Shown here: positions 24,781 through 37,105 of the stretch, piece after piece
Numbering within the stretch: position 1 is the first letter of the stretch
Layout of the letters: each line of letters begins with the position of its first letter
Assembly: GCF_006345805.1 (NCBI RefSeq)
Contig: NC_043003.1
Span: 49,166,001-49,230,000 of the forward strand
Origin: Octopus sinensis
Lineage: Eukaryota
Direction: 5' to 3'
DNA: 64,000 nucleotides
Made by a program: the position numbers and the translations under genes
Notes under the pieces: generated by a model
What the model was told of the DNA's origin: nothing
What the model saw: only the letters and a program-made list of their open reading frames with translations
Database searches by the model: none

Positions 24781-24906
24781 GGGGGAGAAATGAGAGTAGG
24801 TAACGAAGAAAATTACCCGTATACAATAATAGAAAATTATATTTGCATTTTATGCCAATGCGCATTATATACCCGGTGTAAGAACATACAAATACCACGC
24901 ACGTAC

Positions 24907-24945
<39 letters not shown>

Positions 24946-24958
24946 ATATATATATATA

Positions 24959-25368
24959 GGCGTAGGAGTGGCTGTGTGGTAAGTAGCTTGCTTACCAATC
25001 ACATGATTCAGTCCCACTGCGTGGCACCTTGGGCAAGTGTCTTCTACTATAGTCTTGAGCCGACCAAAACCTTGTGAGTGGATTTAGTAGACGGAAACTG
25101 AAAGAAGCCCGTCGTATATATATATATATGTACGTGTGTGTATATGTTTGTGTGTCTGTGTTTGTCCCCCCCAGCATCGCTTGACAACTGATACTGGTGT
25201 GTTTACTTCCCCGTAGCTTAGCGGTTCGGCAAAAGAGACCGATAGAATAAGTACTAGGCTTACAAAGAGTAAGTCCTGGGGAAGATTTGCTCGACTAAAG
25301 GCGGTGCTCCAACATGGCCACAGTCAAATGACTGAAGCAAGTAAAAGAGTAAAAGAGAGAGTAAAAGA

Positions 25369-25370
<2 letters not shown>
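24959..25370 (+). mobile_element. SINE family B (GGCGTAGGAGTGGCTGTGTGGTAAG head, CORE-like CCTTGGGCAAGT)
   Basis: Homologous to 41497, 44175 and 49775 copies; internal TA/TG microsatellite; GTAAAAGA tail. Confidence 0.85.
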
Positions 25371-25428
<58 letters not shown>

Positions 25429-25569
25429 CATAATATAATATAATACGTATGTGTGTATGATTATGTGCATGTGTATGCACATGATATTCCTAGGAGAACT
25501 GTTGTTGTAGTTGCTGCTTATGTTAGCATGTTGGTGATTGTGATGACGATGATGATGTTGTATACAGCC

Positions 25570-25685
25570 ATCCTTTCCACTATAGGTAGAAGGCCTGAAA
25601 TCGTAGGGCTAGTCGATTACATTAACCTCAGTACTCAACTGGTATTTATTTTGTCGACCCCAAAATGATGAAAGGCAAAGTCGAA
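25570..25685 (-). mobile_element. SINE family A, 3' part (host of the minisatellite)
   Basis: AAGGCCTGAAAT...GTCGACCCC...GAAAGGCAAAGTCGA; the head remnant CCAACAATTCTGC resumes at ~26207. Confidence 0.75.
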
Positions 25686-26207
25686 GCGTTTTGTCTGACG
25701 CGCTATGCATTTTGTACGATGCGCTAAGCATTTCGTCCGACGCGCTAAGCAGTTTGTTCGACGCGCTTAGCATTTTGTTCGACGCGCTTAGCATTTTGTT
25801 CGACGCGCTAAGCATTTTGTTCGACGCGCTTAGCATTTTGTTCGACGCGCTTAGAATTTTGTTCGACGCGCTTTGAATTTTGTTCGACGCGCTTAGAATT
25901 TTGTTCGACGCGCTTAGAATTTTGTTCGACGCGCTTAGAATTTTGTTCGACGCGCTTTGAATTTTGTTCGACGCGCTTAGAATTTTGTTCGACGCGCTTT
26001 GAATTTTGTTCGACGCGCTTAGAATTTTGTTCGACGCGCTAAGCATTTTGTTCGACGCGCTTAGCATTTTGTTCGACGCGCTTAGCATTTTGTTCGACGC
26101 GCTTAGCATTTTGTCCGACGCGCTAAGCATTTTGTTCGACGCGCTTAGCATTTTGTTCGACGCGCTTAGCATTTTGTTCGACGCACTTAGAATTTTGTTC
26201 GACGCGC
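25686..26207. repeat. 21-bp minisatellite, ~25 units (TTTTGTTCGACGCGCTTAGCA)
   Basis: GACGC recurs every 21 bp from 25697 to 26201; no unique spacers. Confidence 0.95.
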
Positions 26208-26294
26208 CAACAATTCTGCTATGTCGCGGTTATAAGAAAACAATAATAATCTTCTCGAATTTTTTGACAGGATCCGCTATTTCAACTTAAAATT

Positions 26295-26905
26295 TGAAAC
26301 TGAAGCCCTTATCTTCGTTGTCGAAGAACAGACACTGAAATCGAACTGATATCAAGTTCAGTCTTGAAAAGTCAGTGACTTCCCCACTTTGTAGTTGGTG
26401 TGGTGAGAAAGGTGAAACAATAAACCATATTATTAATGAATATAAGATGCTCACACAAAAGGTCAAGAGAAAGCATGACAAAGTTGCCAGGCTGGTACAC
26501 TGGAATCTCTGTCATAAGTACTACACGAATAGAAGTGAAAAACGGGCGAGCTGGCAGAAACGTTAGCACGCCGGGCGAAATGCTTTGCGGTATTTCGTCT
26601 GCGTTACGTTGTGAGTTCAAATTCCGCCGAGGTTGACTTTGCCTTTCATCCTTTCGGGGTCGATAAATTAAGTACCAGTTACGCACTGGGGTCGATGTAA
26701 TCGACTTAATACCTATGTCTGTCTTTGTTTGTCCCCTCTGTGTTTAGCCCCTTGTGGGTAATAAAGAAATAGGTATTATCACCAAACGGACAGAATTGCT
26801 GAAAACGAACAATATAAGATTTTGTGGGACATGCCTATCCAGTGTGATCATTACATTGTGGCTAGAAAACCTGACATTGTTATTGTAGATGAGAACAAAG
26901 AAATT
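26295..26905 (+). mobile_element. R4/Dong-type LINE fragment split by a SINE A insertion
   Basis: ETEALIF..EEQTL...SPLCSWCGEKGETINHI...KRKHDKVARLVHWNLC (to 26543), resuming at 26776 with HQTDRIAENEQYKILWDMPIQCDH..ARKPDIVIVD. Confidence 0.8.
26544..26775 (+). mobile_element. SINE family A, full length
   Basis: GGGCGAGCTGGCAGAAACGTTAGC head, GAGTTCAAATTCC B box, tail CCCTTGTGGGTAATAAAGAAATAG. Confidence 0.9.
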
Positions 26906-27147
26906 AGTCGATAACGTTGATGCCGCTATTGAGGTGTTTTATTTTAACGGTCCCGAAAGCAAAATTAATCTCGGCCTGACTTGAAGCGAAAATATGAAGC
27001 TGGAGCAAATTACCTCGAAAGCAAATTCTCCAAGCTCTAACGATCCCTCACCCATGCTGCTGCTGATCCTCCCCCTCCTCCTCCTCCTCCTACTACTACT
27101 ACAACTACCACCACCACCACCACCACCACCACCACACCACCACCACC

Positions 27148-27184
<37 letters not shown>

Positions 27185-27309
27185 ATAATAATAATAATAA
27201 TATTAATAGTAATGTTGATGACGTTAATAAAAACAATCATGAGTTGCAACACAATAGCTGATCTTTCCCACATGTAAATTCACACGCACACACACGCACG
27301 CACACACAC

Positions 27310-27353
<44 letters not shown>

Positions 27354-27839
27354 ACACAAAATAATATATTTTAAAATGTTATTATTGCGTTACATAATCG
27401 TTCGTATGTATCATTATGTAACTTCATGCATTTGATATTAAAATGCAGGGCAATTTTTTTCGCAAGTCAAGCGTATATTGCTTAACAGTATCAAAAACCA
27501 TGTACACATACGCGTATATATATATATATATACTTTACTTTTCAATTCATATATACACACATTCTGAGACTTGTCCTTTGAAGTATTGTCGCATTTACTT
27601 TGTTGAGTGAGTTGATAGCAGCATTACGAAGTTGTTCTTAATGGAATGCGTTTAGTACTGTTTCTTAAATATCTTATAAAGCCTGATAAGTATTTTTTTC
27701 TTTCTTACCGAGAAGGTAGGAAGAAAGCGAAAAATTTCTTGCTCCATATAGAAAGTAAACGATAGAATTTTACGTAGTTTAATAGATCTTTCCTTCCTAT
27801 ATTATTGTTATTATTATTATTGTTATTATTATTATTATC

Positions 27840-27893
<54 letters not shown>

Positions 27894-27911
27894 ATACCGT
27901 CTCTTTTTCAG

Positions 27912-27955
27912 AGCGTCTTCCATCAAAATGGCACCGGCGAGGGAGTTGTTGCAGG
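27912..27955 (+). CDS. Candidate exon with possible start codon (MAPARELLQ)
   Basis: Acceptor CTCTTTTTCAG; AAAATGG at 27925-27931; weak donor GTGTGT. Ends in phase 1, compatible with 28878. Confidence 0.25.
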
Positions 27956-28132
27956 GTGTGTAGTGTGTGACGTGTGTGTGTATATTTGTTGTGTGTGTGT
28001 GTGTGTATGTGTGTGTATGTGTGTGTGTGTGTGCGTGTGATTCATACTCGTACATATACATGGATACGTGGGCACACACAGATAAACTCATATATATACA
28101 CATTTATACACACACACAGACGTAGAACTCTC

Positions 28133-28164
<32 letters not shown>

Positions 28165-28877
28165 TGTATGTATGTATGTATGTATGTATGTATGTATAGA
28201 TATGTACCTTTCCGTCTATTTTTTATTATTGGAAGTCTTCCTATTGGGAAGGAGCTTAAGGATACAATGCACCATCTTTGGAATGCAGATAAAAACAGTG
28301 TTAGTGTTAAAAAAAAATGTAATAGAGAAGTTTTGAATGTTTTTATTGTTCCGCCTACAAACTGTGTTTGTAATATGCATGTCAGCTGGTTGATTTCTTT
28401 TTCAGATTGTCACCTACGTATTTTCTAACAAAATCGAGTGCCCCCATTATAATTGGTATAAATGATAATTTATTCCGATAAAGAAGTTAATGGTTTCAAA
28501 ACAGTTGCTTATAGTTATTTTCTTTCTCTTTCATTTTCGAAGAGCTGGCCTCTATGGTGGTACATAGCTTTGCTTGTCTGTTACAAACATCTTTATCCGA
28601 CCCGTTACGTTTGCAATTTTTATGGGAATGTTACGCCAATATTCTTTGTATCAATGTTTATGTATGTATTCAAGAAGATTATCAACAATTATAATTATCA
28701 TCGGATAGTCTTTTTGTTTTCAGATAGCAATATATATATAATGTTTTTGTGATATTGTCGTGCCTTGGGCAGCAAACAATCACGTGTAACATCTTCGACA
28801 GAAATCTGACGTAATCGACATTTTCGGTTGCATGTTGCTCTCCAAGGGTTTCACCGCCCCTTTTGTTTCTTCTTTAG

Positions 28878-29035
28878 TAGAGCCTACCGGTATCTCTCTT
28901 TTTGTGGAATTTTCCACATGGTGTCAGTATCATGTGAGTTTTAATAGCCTAGGAATGGAATTTCTCTACAGACCAGTAAAATATCCTAAATACTCGTATC
29001 AGTACGGTACTGGTACTGAAAATGCATTGACAGAC
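28878..29035 (+). CDS. Candidate coding exon ([52 protein letters not shown])
   Basis: Strong pyrimidine tract with TAGTAG acceptor, open frame (part of ORF 28832..29059), consensus donor GTAAGT at 29036. Confidence 0.5.
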
Positions 29036-29121
29036 GTAAGTAAACATATGTATGTATGATTGTATGTATGTATGTATGTATGTATGTATGTATGTATGTG
29101 TATATATTTGTATATATATAC

Positions 29122-29200
<79 letters not shown>

Positions 29201-29201
29201 C

Positions 29202-29248
<47 letters not shown>

Positions 29249-29807
29249 ATATATACATATATATTATATATTATATATGTACATACAGAGATGTTCATGT
29301 GTATGTTTGTATTCCGTATTCATTAACTTACGTGAACACGGAGTGACACACAAACACACAGACACACACACACTCACACGCACACACACGCGCACTCACA
29401 TACACACATTCAGGCACACATACATACACACGTACACAGTTATTAACAACCATGCATATTTAGTGGCTCAGTGCATTGGGAGCCATTCTATGAATCAACC
29501 TTTGTAATAGCTTTATCTATAGCCGCCGAATTGCTGCCTCTCCCAACCCGTTCTTTTTAAAAATCTCGTTGCTATATTTTCTTGATACGAAGCATAGCAA
29601 GTTGACCAGAGTTGATTTAAATATAAGCCGCCTACATATAATTTATGATTTATAAATCTTAGCAGCATATATTATTTACAGAATTTGATGGATGCCGTTG
29701 AAAAAAACAAGTTATCAGATATATATCTAATGTAATAATGTTTGTGATGTATTTTTCGTTATTGTTTTATTCACTTTATCATTACACACTGACATTAAGT
29801 GTTCCAG

Positions 29808-29867
29808 GAACATACCGGATTACAACTTATGAAGATAGACGCTGATCATCGTAGCTACAAAGAACAA
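29808..29867 (+). CDS. Candidate coding exon (EHTGLQLMKIDADHRSYKEQ)
   Basis: TTCCAG acceptor and GTAAGA donor; 60 nt, open only in phase 0, matching the preceding donor phase. Confidence 0.45.
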
Positions 29868-29975
29868 GTAAGAAAGCATTTATCAAGCAGCCGACAGCTA
29901 TTATTACACGGTCTTACATGTATATGTGTGTCTTTGTCATATTATCGCTCTTAATAAAAGATTTATCTTTCGTAG

Positions 29976-30052
29976 ACTTAACACCTTAAATATAGGAACT
30001 AAGTCGCTGTCAGTGGAAGCCTTTCACGACCTTCTTGGAGATATCCATTTAA
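29976..30052 (+). CDS. Candidate exon (LNTLNIGTKSLSVEAFHDLLGDIHL)
   Basis: TTTATCTTTCGTAG acceptor and GTATGT donor; open only if entered in phase 2, which conflicts with the 29867 donor. Confidence 0.25.
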
Positions 30053-30166
30053 GTATGTATGTATGTATGTATGTATGTATGTATGTATGTATGTATGTGT
30101 TTATGTATGCAGGTATGTATGTATGTATGTATGTATGTATGTATATATGTATATATATATGTATGT

Positions 30167-30394
30167 CATTATTCCATTTTATTCCAAGATTTCTTGCCAA
30201 TAGAGAGAGCCGGTTTCTTACCTAGATCCAAGCCCATCATTTACATTTCAACATCTACAGGCTATGTAAATATGTATGTATTTATGTATGCATGCATGTA
30301 TGTATGCAAATTTGTATGTCTTGTTTTATGTATGCTCATACATATACTTGCATGTCTTGACATGCGCATATATACTTAAATGATAAAGCTCTGG
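30167..30394 (+). mobile_element. Interspersed repeat family F
   Basis: Homologous to 16594-16939. Confidence 0.7.
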
Positions 30395-30906
30395 TATGTA
30401 TGTTTGCATGTACGTACGTATGTATGTATATATGTTTGTATGTATATAATGTATGTATGTATGTATGTATGTATGTATGTATGTATGTATGTATGTATGT
30501 ATGTATGTATGTTTGTATATATGCAGCACCTTTCCTCCTAGACCAGGTGATTCAACATGTACAGTGTGTAAAAAAGTTCCCATGTTGATTTCAGGTCTGA
30601 AGAAACATGGGAGTTCACAGAAAGTGATTCGATCGATCCAGTGGAAGTTACAGCTTTCGTCTGTCACCTGTGCTTCAACTAATGCAGATCTCAATCTGGA
30701 TTGAATAGATGCATGAGTAGTCGTGGTCGGAAAGTCAGAAATGCTATTAACTACGAGTAAGCATAAAAGACGGCAAGCATCTTTCATGATGGAGTAACAA
30801 CTATATATATGTGTATGAATATTTTCCATAAAACTTACATGTAAAAAAGATATGTACAAATATGTAAATTAAGGAAGAATGTTCTTCTTTACAGCTGTTC
30901 CGAAAA

Positions 30907-31180
30907 TGCTACGGCTACGACCAGGAAACGAAGCGGTAATCAAGTCAGTGGAAGCATTCAATGTCACCACGCCCCACAAAAATCGCGTCAAGTGAAGTTC
31001 AATGTCAAGACGATACTGATTTTTTCACCGATGCGAAAGGAATTGTCCACACAGAATTTGTTCCTCCTGGTCGAACTGTTAACCATCCACCATACCTATA
31101 CAACGTTTTTGCCGACTCACTATGCACTTACAACTGAGAGTTTGCATACTGCATCATCATCTAGCGGAAAGACAACTTAA
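30907..31180 (+). mobile_element. mariner transposase fragment, degraded
   Basis: CYGYDQETKR..SQWKH..SPRP...KGIVHTEFVPPGRTVN, typical of the mariner catalytic domain. Confidence 0.75.
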
Positions 31181-31760
31181 TATGAAAAATTAGTTAACAA
31201 CCAAGGCGTCTAATACAGAATATTTTCTTTTTACAAAATTGGAAGATTGTTCTATGCACACAACACAATACCAAAAAATATATGAAAGTCGTTTGTCTCG
31301 CAAGTACTGAATAATAACGGACGTAATTTTAGATAGATCTTCTTGATTTAATTATTACAGCGCCGTCAATACCGGGTTTCACTCCTTCAATGATTTAATT
31401 CTTTCTTTCTTTCTTCGTTCATTTGTAGTTTTCCTACAGATAGCATAAATTTTCATCTTTCAGTCTGGCAAGATTAAGTTGATGGAGGCAAATTTATAAA
31501 CTAGGTAATTAATGTTTCAATAAATAATTCTCTCTCTCTCAATCTCTCTCTCTCGCTCTCTCTCTTTCTCTGCCTATGTATGTATATATATGCGTGTGTA
31601 CGTATATGTGTGTATAATGTGTTGTGTGTGTGTATATATGCGTGCACATAGTTCCCTGAGTATAATTTTCCTAGTAATATATAAAATACATTTAAAAGTG
31701 TATGTATGTATGTTTGTAAGTGGTGTGTGTGTATGTATATATAAATATATATAATATATT

Positions 31761-31777
31761 ACCGACTGATTAACTTG

Positions 31778-31817
<40 letters not shown>

Positions 31818-31838
31818 TTGTGAAGTTAATCAATCGGT
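31761..31838. repeat. 16-bp inverted repeat around a (TA)n core
   Basis: ACCGACTGATTAACTT (31761-31776) versus AAGTTAATCAATCGGT (31823-31838), one mismatch. Confidence 0.75.
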
Positions 31839-32496
31839 GTTTTCCGTAACTGAGCTCTCGTCTATTTCCGAAATGTCTACTGGACCGGGTGCGTTCATTT
31901 GATTTCAGTAAATTCAGTGGTAGAAGAAGCTACTGTAGATGATGAAATCAGAAACTAATTAATCACAGGAGCTAGTTATAAACTGCAGCTGTTAAACCAG
32001 ATCTCATTAATAATGTTTAGACAAAGGTATGAAAGAGCGCGTGTGTACACAAACCCACACGCACGCGCACACATACACGCGCGCGCAAAAGCGCACACAT
32101 TTCAATATATACATACACATTAATTACCTATCTGTGTAAATATTATACCTACGCTTATAATTGCATTGACTTTGGCACTGTAGTGGGATTACATTTTATT
32201 GATTCTGTCTAATGCATAGATTCCTTTTGACCAAATTGTTTTGATTTGTTAATCTTTGAAAAGCAGGGGTTAGCTTCGATCGATGCTACCCCCAACATAT
32301 CAAGGGTACTATTAATCGATTCGTTACTTGAATACGAAACCTCAGAGTGATAAACAAGTCGGATAGGAGATGATAAGACTGTATCACTTTTGTGTTTGCT
32401 GTACGTCTTCGAATAAAAACCGGGTTGCATAATGAGATCGCATGTCTTCCGGCATCAACAAACGTCTAGGTCTGTAAGGTACTTACAACTTTATGG

Positions 32497-32894
32497 GTGG
32501 AGGCGCAATGGCCCAGTGGTTAGGGCAGCGGACTCGCAGTCATAGGATCGCGGTTTCGATTCCCAGACCGGGCGTTGTGAGTGTTTATTGAGCGAAAACA
32601 CCTAAAAGCTCCACGAGGCTCCGGCAGGGGATGGTGGTGATCCCTGCTGTACTCTTTCACCACAACTTTCTCTCACTCTTACTTCCTGTTTCTGTTGTAC
32701 CTGTATTTCAAGGGGTCGGCCTTGTCACTCTCTGTGTCACGCTGAATATCTCCGAGAACTACGTTAAGGGTGCACGTGTCTGTGGAGTGCTCAGCCACTT
32801 GCACGTTAATTTCACGAGCAGGCTGTTCCGTTGATTCGGATCAACCGGAACCCTCGTCGTCGTAACCGACGGAGTGCTTCCATCCATTCCATCC
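32497..32894 (+). mobile_element. SINE family C (tRNA-derived head), full length with 12-bp TSD
   Basis: TGGCCCAGTGG A box, GGTTTCGATTCC B box, (CCAT)-type tail; TSD ACAACTTTATGG at 32485-32496 and 32895-32906. Confidence 0.9.
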
Positions 32895-34589
32895 ACAACT
32901 TTATGGAACGAATCATTTTACAGCCAGATGTGTGTTAACTGTTATCTGCGAGCAGAAAGCAAGGCTAGTGGCGTGATTCGAATCCGTCGACTCATTAGTA
33001 GACCGGCATCCAAATGACTCGGGAGTTCACAGGGCTCCAATTATTGGTGTTAATGAACGGGTATTTAGGCTTACTTAATGAAATAGTTCGCAGTTTTACT
33101 GAATAAGAGCACTTTCAAATTTACAGGAATGTCTTATAAGCTCAAAGAAGGTAGGAGAAAACGTAACTACTGCTCAGTCACATATAGTCAACATAGTCAA
33201 CAAAGTTTGACATTGAGGGAAGTTCTTAGCCATGATTAAGAGTAACATGTGCTGGTTGGCGTGCAAAAGCAGTTTATCCTTGTACCACTCTGGGCAGATA
33301 CAGTCATTCATCCCAAAGTACAGAATGTTTTTTTATGAATGGTGATAATTTTTTTCGTTTTCATTTATTGATTTTTTTAAATAAAAATTTAATTAGCAAC
33401 TCATTTGAAAATGGTCAGACACAAGAAAAAAATATTACATGAAATACATTTAAAGAAGCAAACTTACAAATCAATAACTAGTGTAAAACGCCGAAAACTG
33501 ACATTCAGAATAGTGACTTGCATTATTAGTTCTTCCATTTATCTATATATTTAGCCGCTATTTCTCTGCTTTTCTGTTGAAGTCCGTTATAAGCACACAA
33601 AAAAAAATAAGATATAAACAAATAAAAACAAGGCAAAAATTACTGGGAAAATATTTTCTCGTTTAAATTGAATCACAAGAATAAAAACGTATTTTTGATG
33701 AATGAACTATATTGTATTAAATCTCGATAAGGCCACAGAAAATCAGATCGATTAAGGTGCTGGAAGGATCGAATTTCTTACCGCGTCAATGCTATTGCAT
33801 TGTAGAATGATTGTTGTTGTTGTTGTTGTTGTTGTAACAAATGGTGAACCAGCAGTGATCCTGTCTTTTTCTTCAGGTCTTCTGTTTCTGGGACCATAAT
33901 TCCACTCTTTTGTATAGTTTAAAGATAGTAGGATATGATTTAAATGAGATTTGACTGCTATTTCTTGCACTGGTGTTAATTCTGATTGAAACATAGGGAC
34001 ACCATTAAATATCCTATTTACATGCATGCAGGGGATTCAGGATAGAAATACAATACGTGTGTTTTATGTGTAATCATACAGCGAGATATTATTTAATTTA
34101 TTTGTACAAAGAAAAATGGACGGCATCATCGAAATATGGGTTCGTCTGACATGAAAAAACACACACACACAAACGCTACACACACATACCACACACAAAC
34201 GCGCACACACTGACATACATACATATATTCATACATACATACGTATGTATGAATTCAATATACATAGTAATGATATTACTAAACGGAAACATCCTAGATG
34301 GAAAACAAACTTGAAGAAGACATCAACCTGCGCCGCCATATTGGATGGTTAATCACGATAATAAAATGTAAGGAGAATAATGAATTAATACATTCGCCAA
34401 TTACATCTTAAGCGTAAATTAACAAAACTCTGCGACAACTTTTCCCACCTATCTCTTGAGTCTGAATGCTAATTACTCTAAAGCACATAAAGTACAACCC
34501 TAGGACACTGAGCGTAAAAAAAAAACAGCTACGTAGGAGAATTTTTCAGCTAGCCAAAAATGCTGATAAGAGTTATCCCTTTCAAGAAG

Positions 34590-35900
34590 TTTTTAAATGA
34601 TTATGGTCCAAAATCTGGAATGAGAAGTGGGATTTTAACCTCAATGTATCGTGGCTAAAATAGTAAGAAAATGCCTAACTAACATCGACAGTAAATCACT
34701 CACAATTGATCTGGAAATTTTCACTACAACTGTAGGCAAACTGCTTGATGGGAAAACACCTGAGAGTGACCTAATATTTGGATACTGGTAAAAAGGGGTT
34801 GGCTTTTTTACAGAAAACCATTATGCAAATTGACTTGTGGACGAATCTTGTGGCCAAGAACGAAACCACCAAGTTGGCAGAAAATTACAGGCTTATTGCT
34901 TGCCTAAAAATTATGTACAAACTGTACACAAGTTTCCTTAACCAATTCCTCCAAAACCATTCTGATTTCAATTAGATAATAACCGATAAGCAGGTAAAAA
35001 GGAGTGTGGGGATGTGCCGAGCAATTTTTTTTATAAGTGAAGGTACATTGTCTAAAATAAGAAAGGACCGTGAAAGCCTTGTGGCAGTATGGCGTGATTA
35101 TAGGAAGACATTCGAATTTATTACCTACTCATAGCTGCTTAGTTGCTGCTATTGAGAGGCTCACAAAGACCTGGATAACAATTCCAGTACTTACAACTGA
35201 GAGCAGAACAATAGTCTCCAATGTTATAATCATTTCAAAGGGAATATTCTAAGGAGATAGCCTTTCTGCAGTTCTATTAATTTTGCCATTAAATCCGTTA
35301 TTATTCCTGCTACGAAAAGCAAATGGCTACTTGCTAGAGTCTGCAACTGCTTGAGATATTAATTTAACCTATAATTTCTTTATGAATGGCCTGAAGATTT
35401 ACACAAAAAATGTTAACGATTCAAATAAATAAATAAATAAATAAATAAACAGCTGTTGTTAATAACATTTTTATCTGGTCAAGGAATGGAATTTAACCAA
35501 AATAAATGTTCGTATTTGTTGAATGGGCTAAATTTGTCCTCAAGACCCAAAACTTATGCATCAGCAATTTTTCTGTTTCTACGGTTTCGTGCAAAGAATG
35601 AAACCTAGGGGTTGATGAAAGTATATCATACGAAGCTACTGTAAATAAAATAGTGTGGCACGAGAATATTATGGAGACTTAGAAAAGCATGGCAGTTGAA
35701 ATTTTCCTCTTACAAAAAGACAATATCCCATTATGTAATTTTAGTAGCAATACTGATTCTAGCATTTGGGATATTTGACTGGTCTGTAGAGGAAATTCGC
35801 TTCCACAGAAGCATTGATATCAACAGGATCTACCTAAGAAAAGATGGAGGTAGAGGTTTGAGGTCAGTGCAAAGAGCATTCAAAACTACAAATCGATCCC
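34590..35900 (+). mobile_element. R4/Dong-type LINE reverse transcriptase region, heavily degraded
   Basis: ENYRLIACLKIMYKLYTS, GDSLS..L, YNFFMNGLKIY (MDD-like) and YLRKDGGRGLRS motifs in shifting frames. Confidence 0.75.
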
Positions 35901-36221
35901 AGTATTTATTTTTGAAAGCCTGGGTCTTATTCTATCGGTCTCTGATTGGCGAAGCGCTAGGTTACGGGGACGTAAACAAAGCAACGCTAGTTATGAAACG
36001 GTTGTGTAAGACAACTGTGAAAATGGGGCTATGGTGGAAGACATTTAACCCTTATGCCATGTAAGAGGATTGAACTCGGAAGCAAACTTACAAGAAGCAA
36101 ACTTACCACACATCTCAGCTACATTCATGCCTATCCAGCACACAAACATACTAACACACACACGCCACACGCACGCACGCACAGACACATACGCACACAC
36201 AAATACACACACACACACACA

Positions 36222-36252
<31 letters not shown>

Positions 36253-36587
36253 CTAACAAAGTTGTTACTGAATGGCACGAGGAACATTCTAGTGAAGTTG
36301 AAAATATTATCTGACCACCACAGTCCCCAGATCTCAATATTATTGAACATTTACGGTGCATTTTAGAAAAACAAGTCAGGAGTCGATATTCTCCACCATC
36401 ATCACTACAAGAACTGGAAACTCTTTTAGCTGAAGAATGGACAAAATTTCCTTTGAAAACAATTCAAACTTTGTAAGAGTCTATATGTTGTAGAATTCAA
36501 GCTGTAATTACTGCCAAAGGCGGTCCTACCCCTTATTAAAATAAATTTGTCTGAAATTTTAAGCTGTTTCCATTATTTTGTCCACCC

Positions 36588-36590
<3 letters not shown>
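36253..36590 (+). mobile_element. Tc1-like transposon 3' end
   Basis: PPQSPDLNIIEHL...LQELETLLAEEW...[15 protein letters not shown]-stop, then terminal ...TTTTGTCCACCCCTG followed by TA. Confidence 0.85.
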
Positions 36591-36654
<64 letters not shown>

Positions 36655-36665
36655 CATACATACAG

Positions 36666-36789
<124 letters not shown>

Positions 36790-36794
36790 ATATA

Positions 36795-36838
<44 letters not shown>

Positions 36839-36960
36839 GTGGTGTATGTATATGTTATGTATTTATGCACATAAATTCCAAACGTTTTGCTAGAATAAAT
36901 AATCACAGACTTGAGAAACGAGCTAAATACTAGTCTATAACGGAATAAAGTATATTACAT

Positions 36961-37105
36961 AAATTTTATTTTTCATTTTAACTGAAAGCTAAATTATTAA
37001 CGAAAGATCTATCGTTTAGTCTTACGAATCGAAGAAATAATGATTTGTAAGATGAAACGGCAGAACTTTCGTAAATAATTTAGCTTTCAGCTAAAATTAA
37101 AATTT
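36961..37105. repeat. Imperfect ~145-bp foldback
   Basis: CTGAAAGCTAAATTATTAACGAAAG pairs with CTTTCGTAAATAATTTAGCTTTCAG; the inner TCTTACGAATC/GATTTGTAAGA also pair. Confidence 0.75.

Noticed and set aside
25609-26290. CRISPR-like array, or MLSASNK heptad-repeat protein
   Set aside because: Units are contiguous with no unique spacers, the context is eukaryotic, and the unit derives from a SINE; the ORFs reflect the 21-bp period.
27709-27796. Minus-strand exon ending in a strong GTAAGA donor
   Set aside because: The acceptor lacks a pyrimidine tract (it abuts (AAT)n), two frames are open, and there is no recognisable product.
32497-32575. tRNA gene
   Set aside because: A/B boxes are present but there is no proper acceptor stem; it continues into a SINE body with a TSD.
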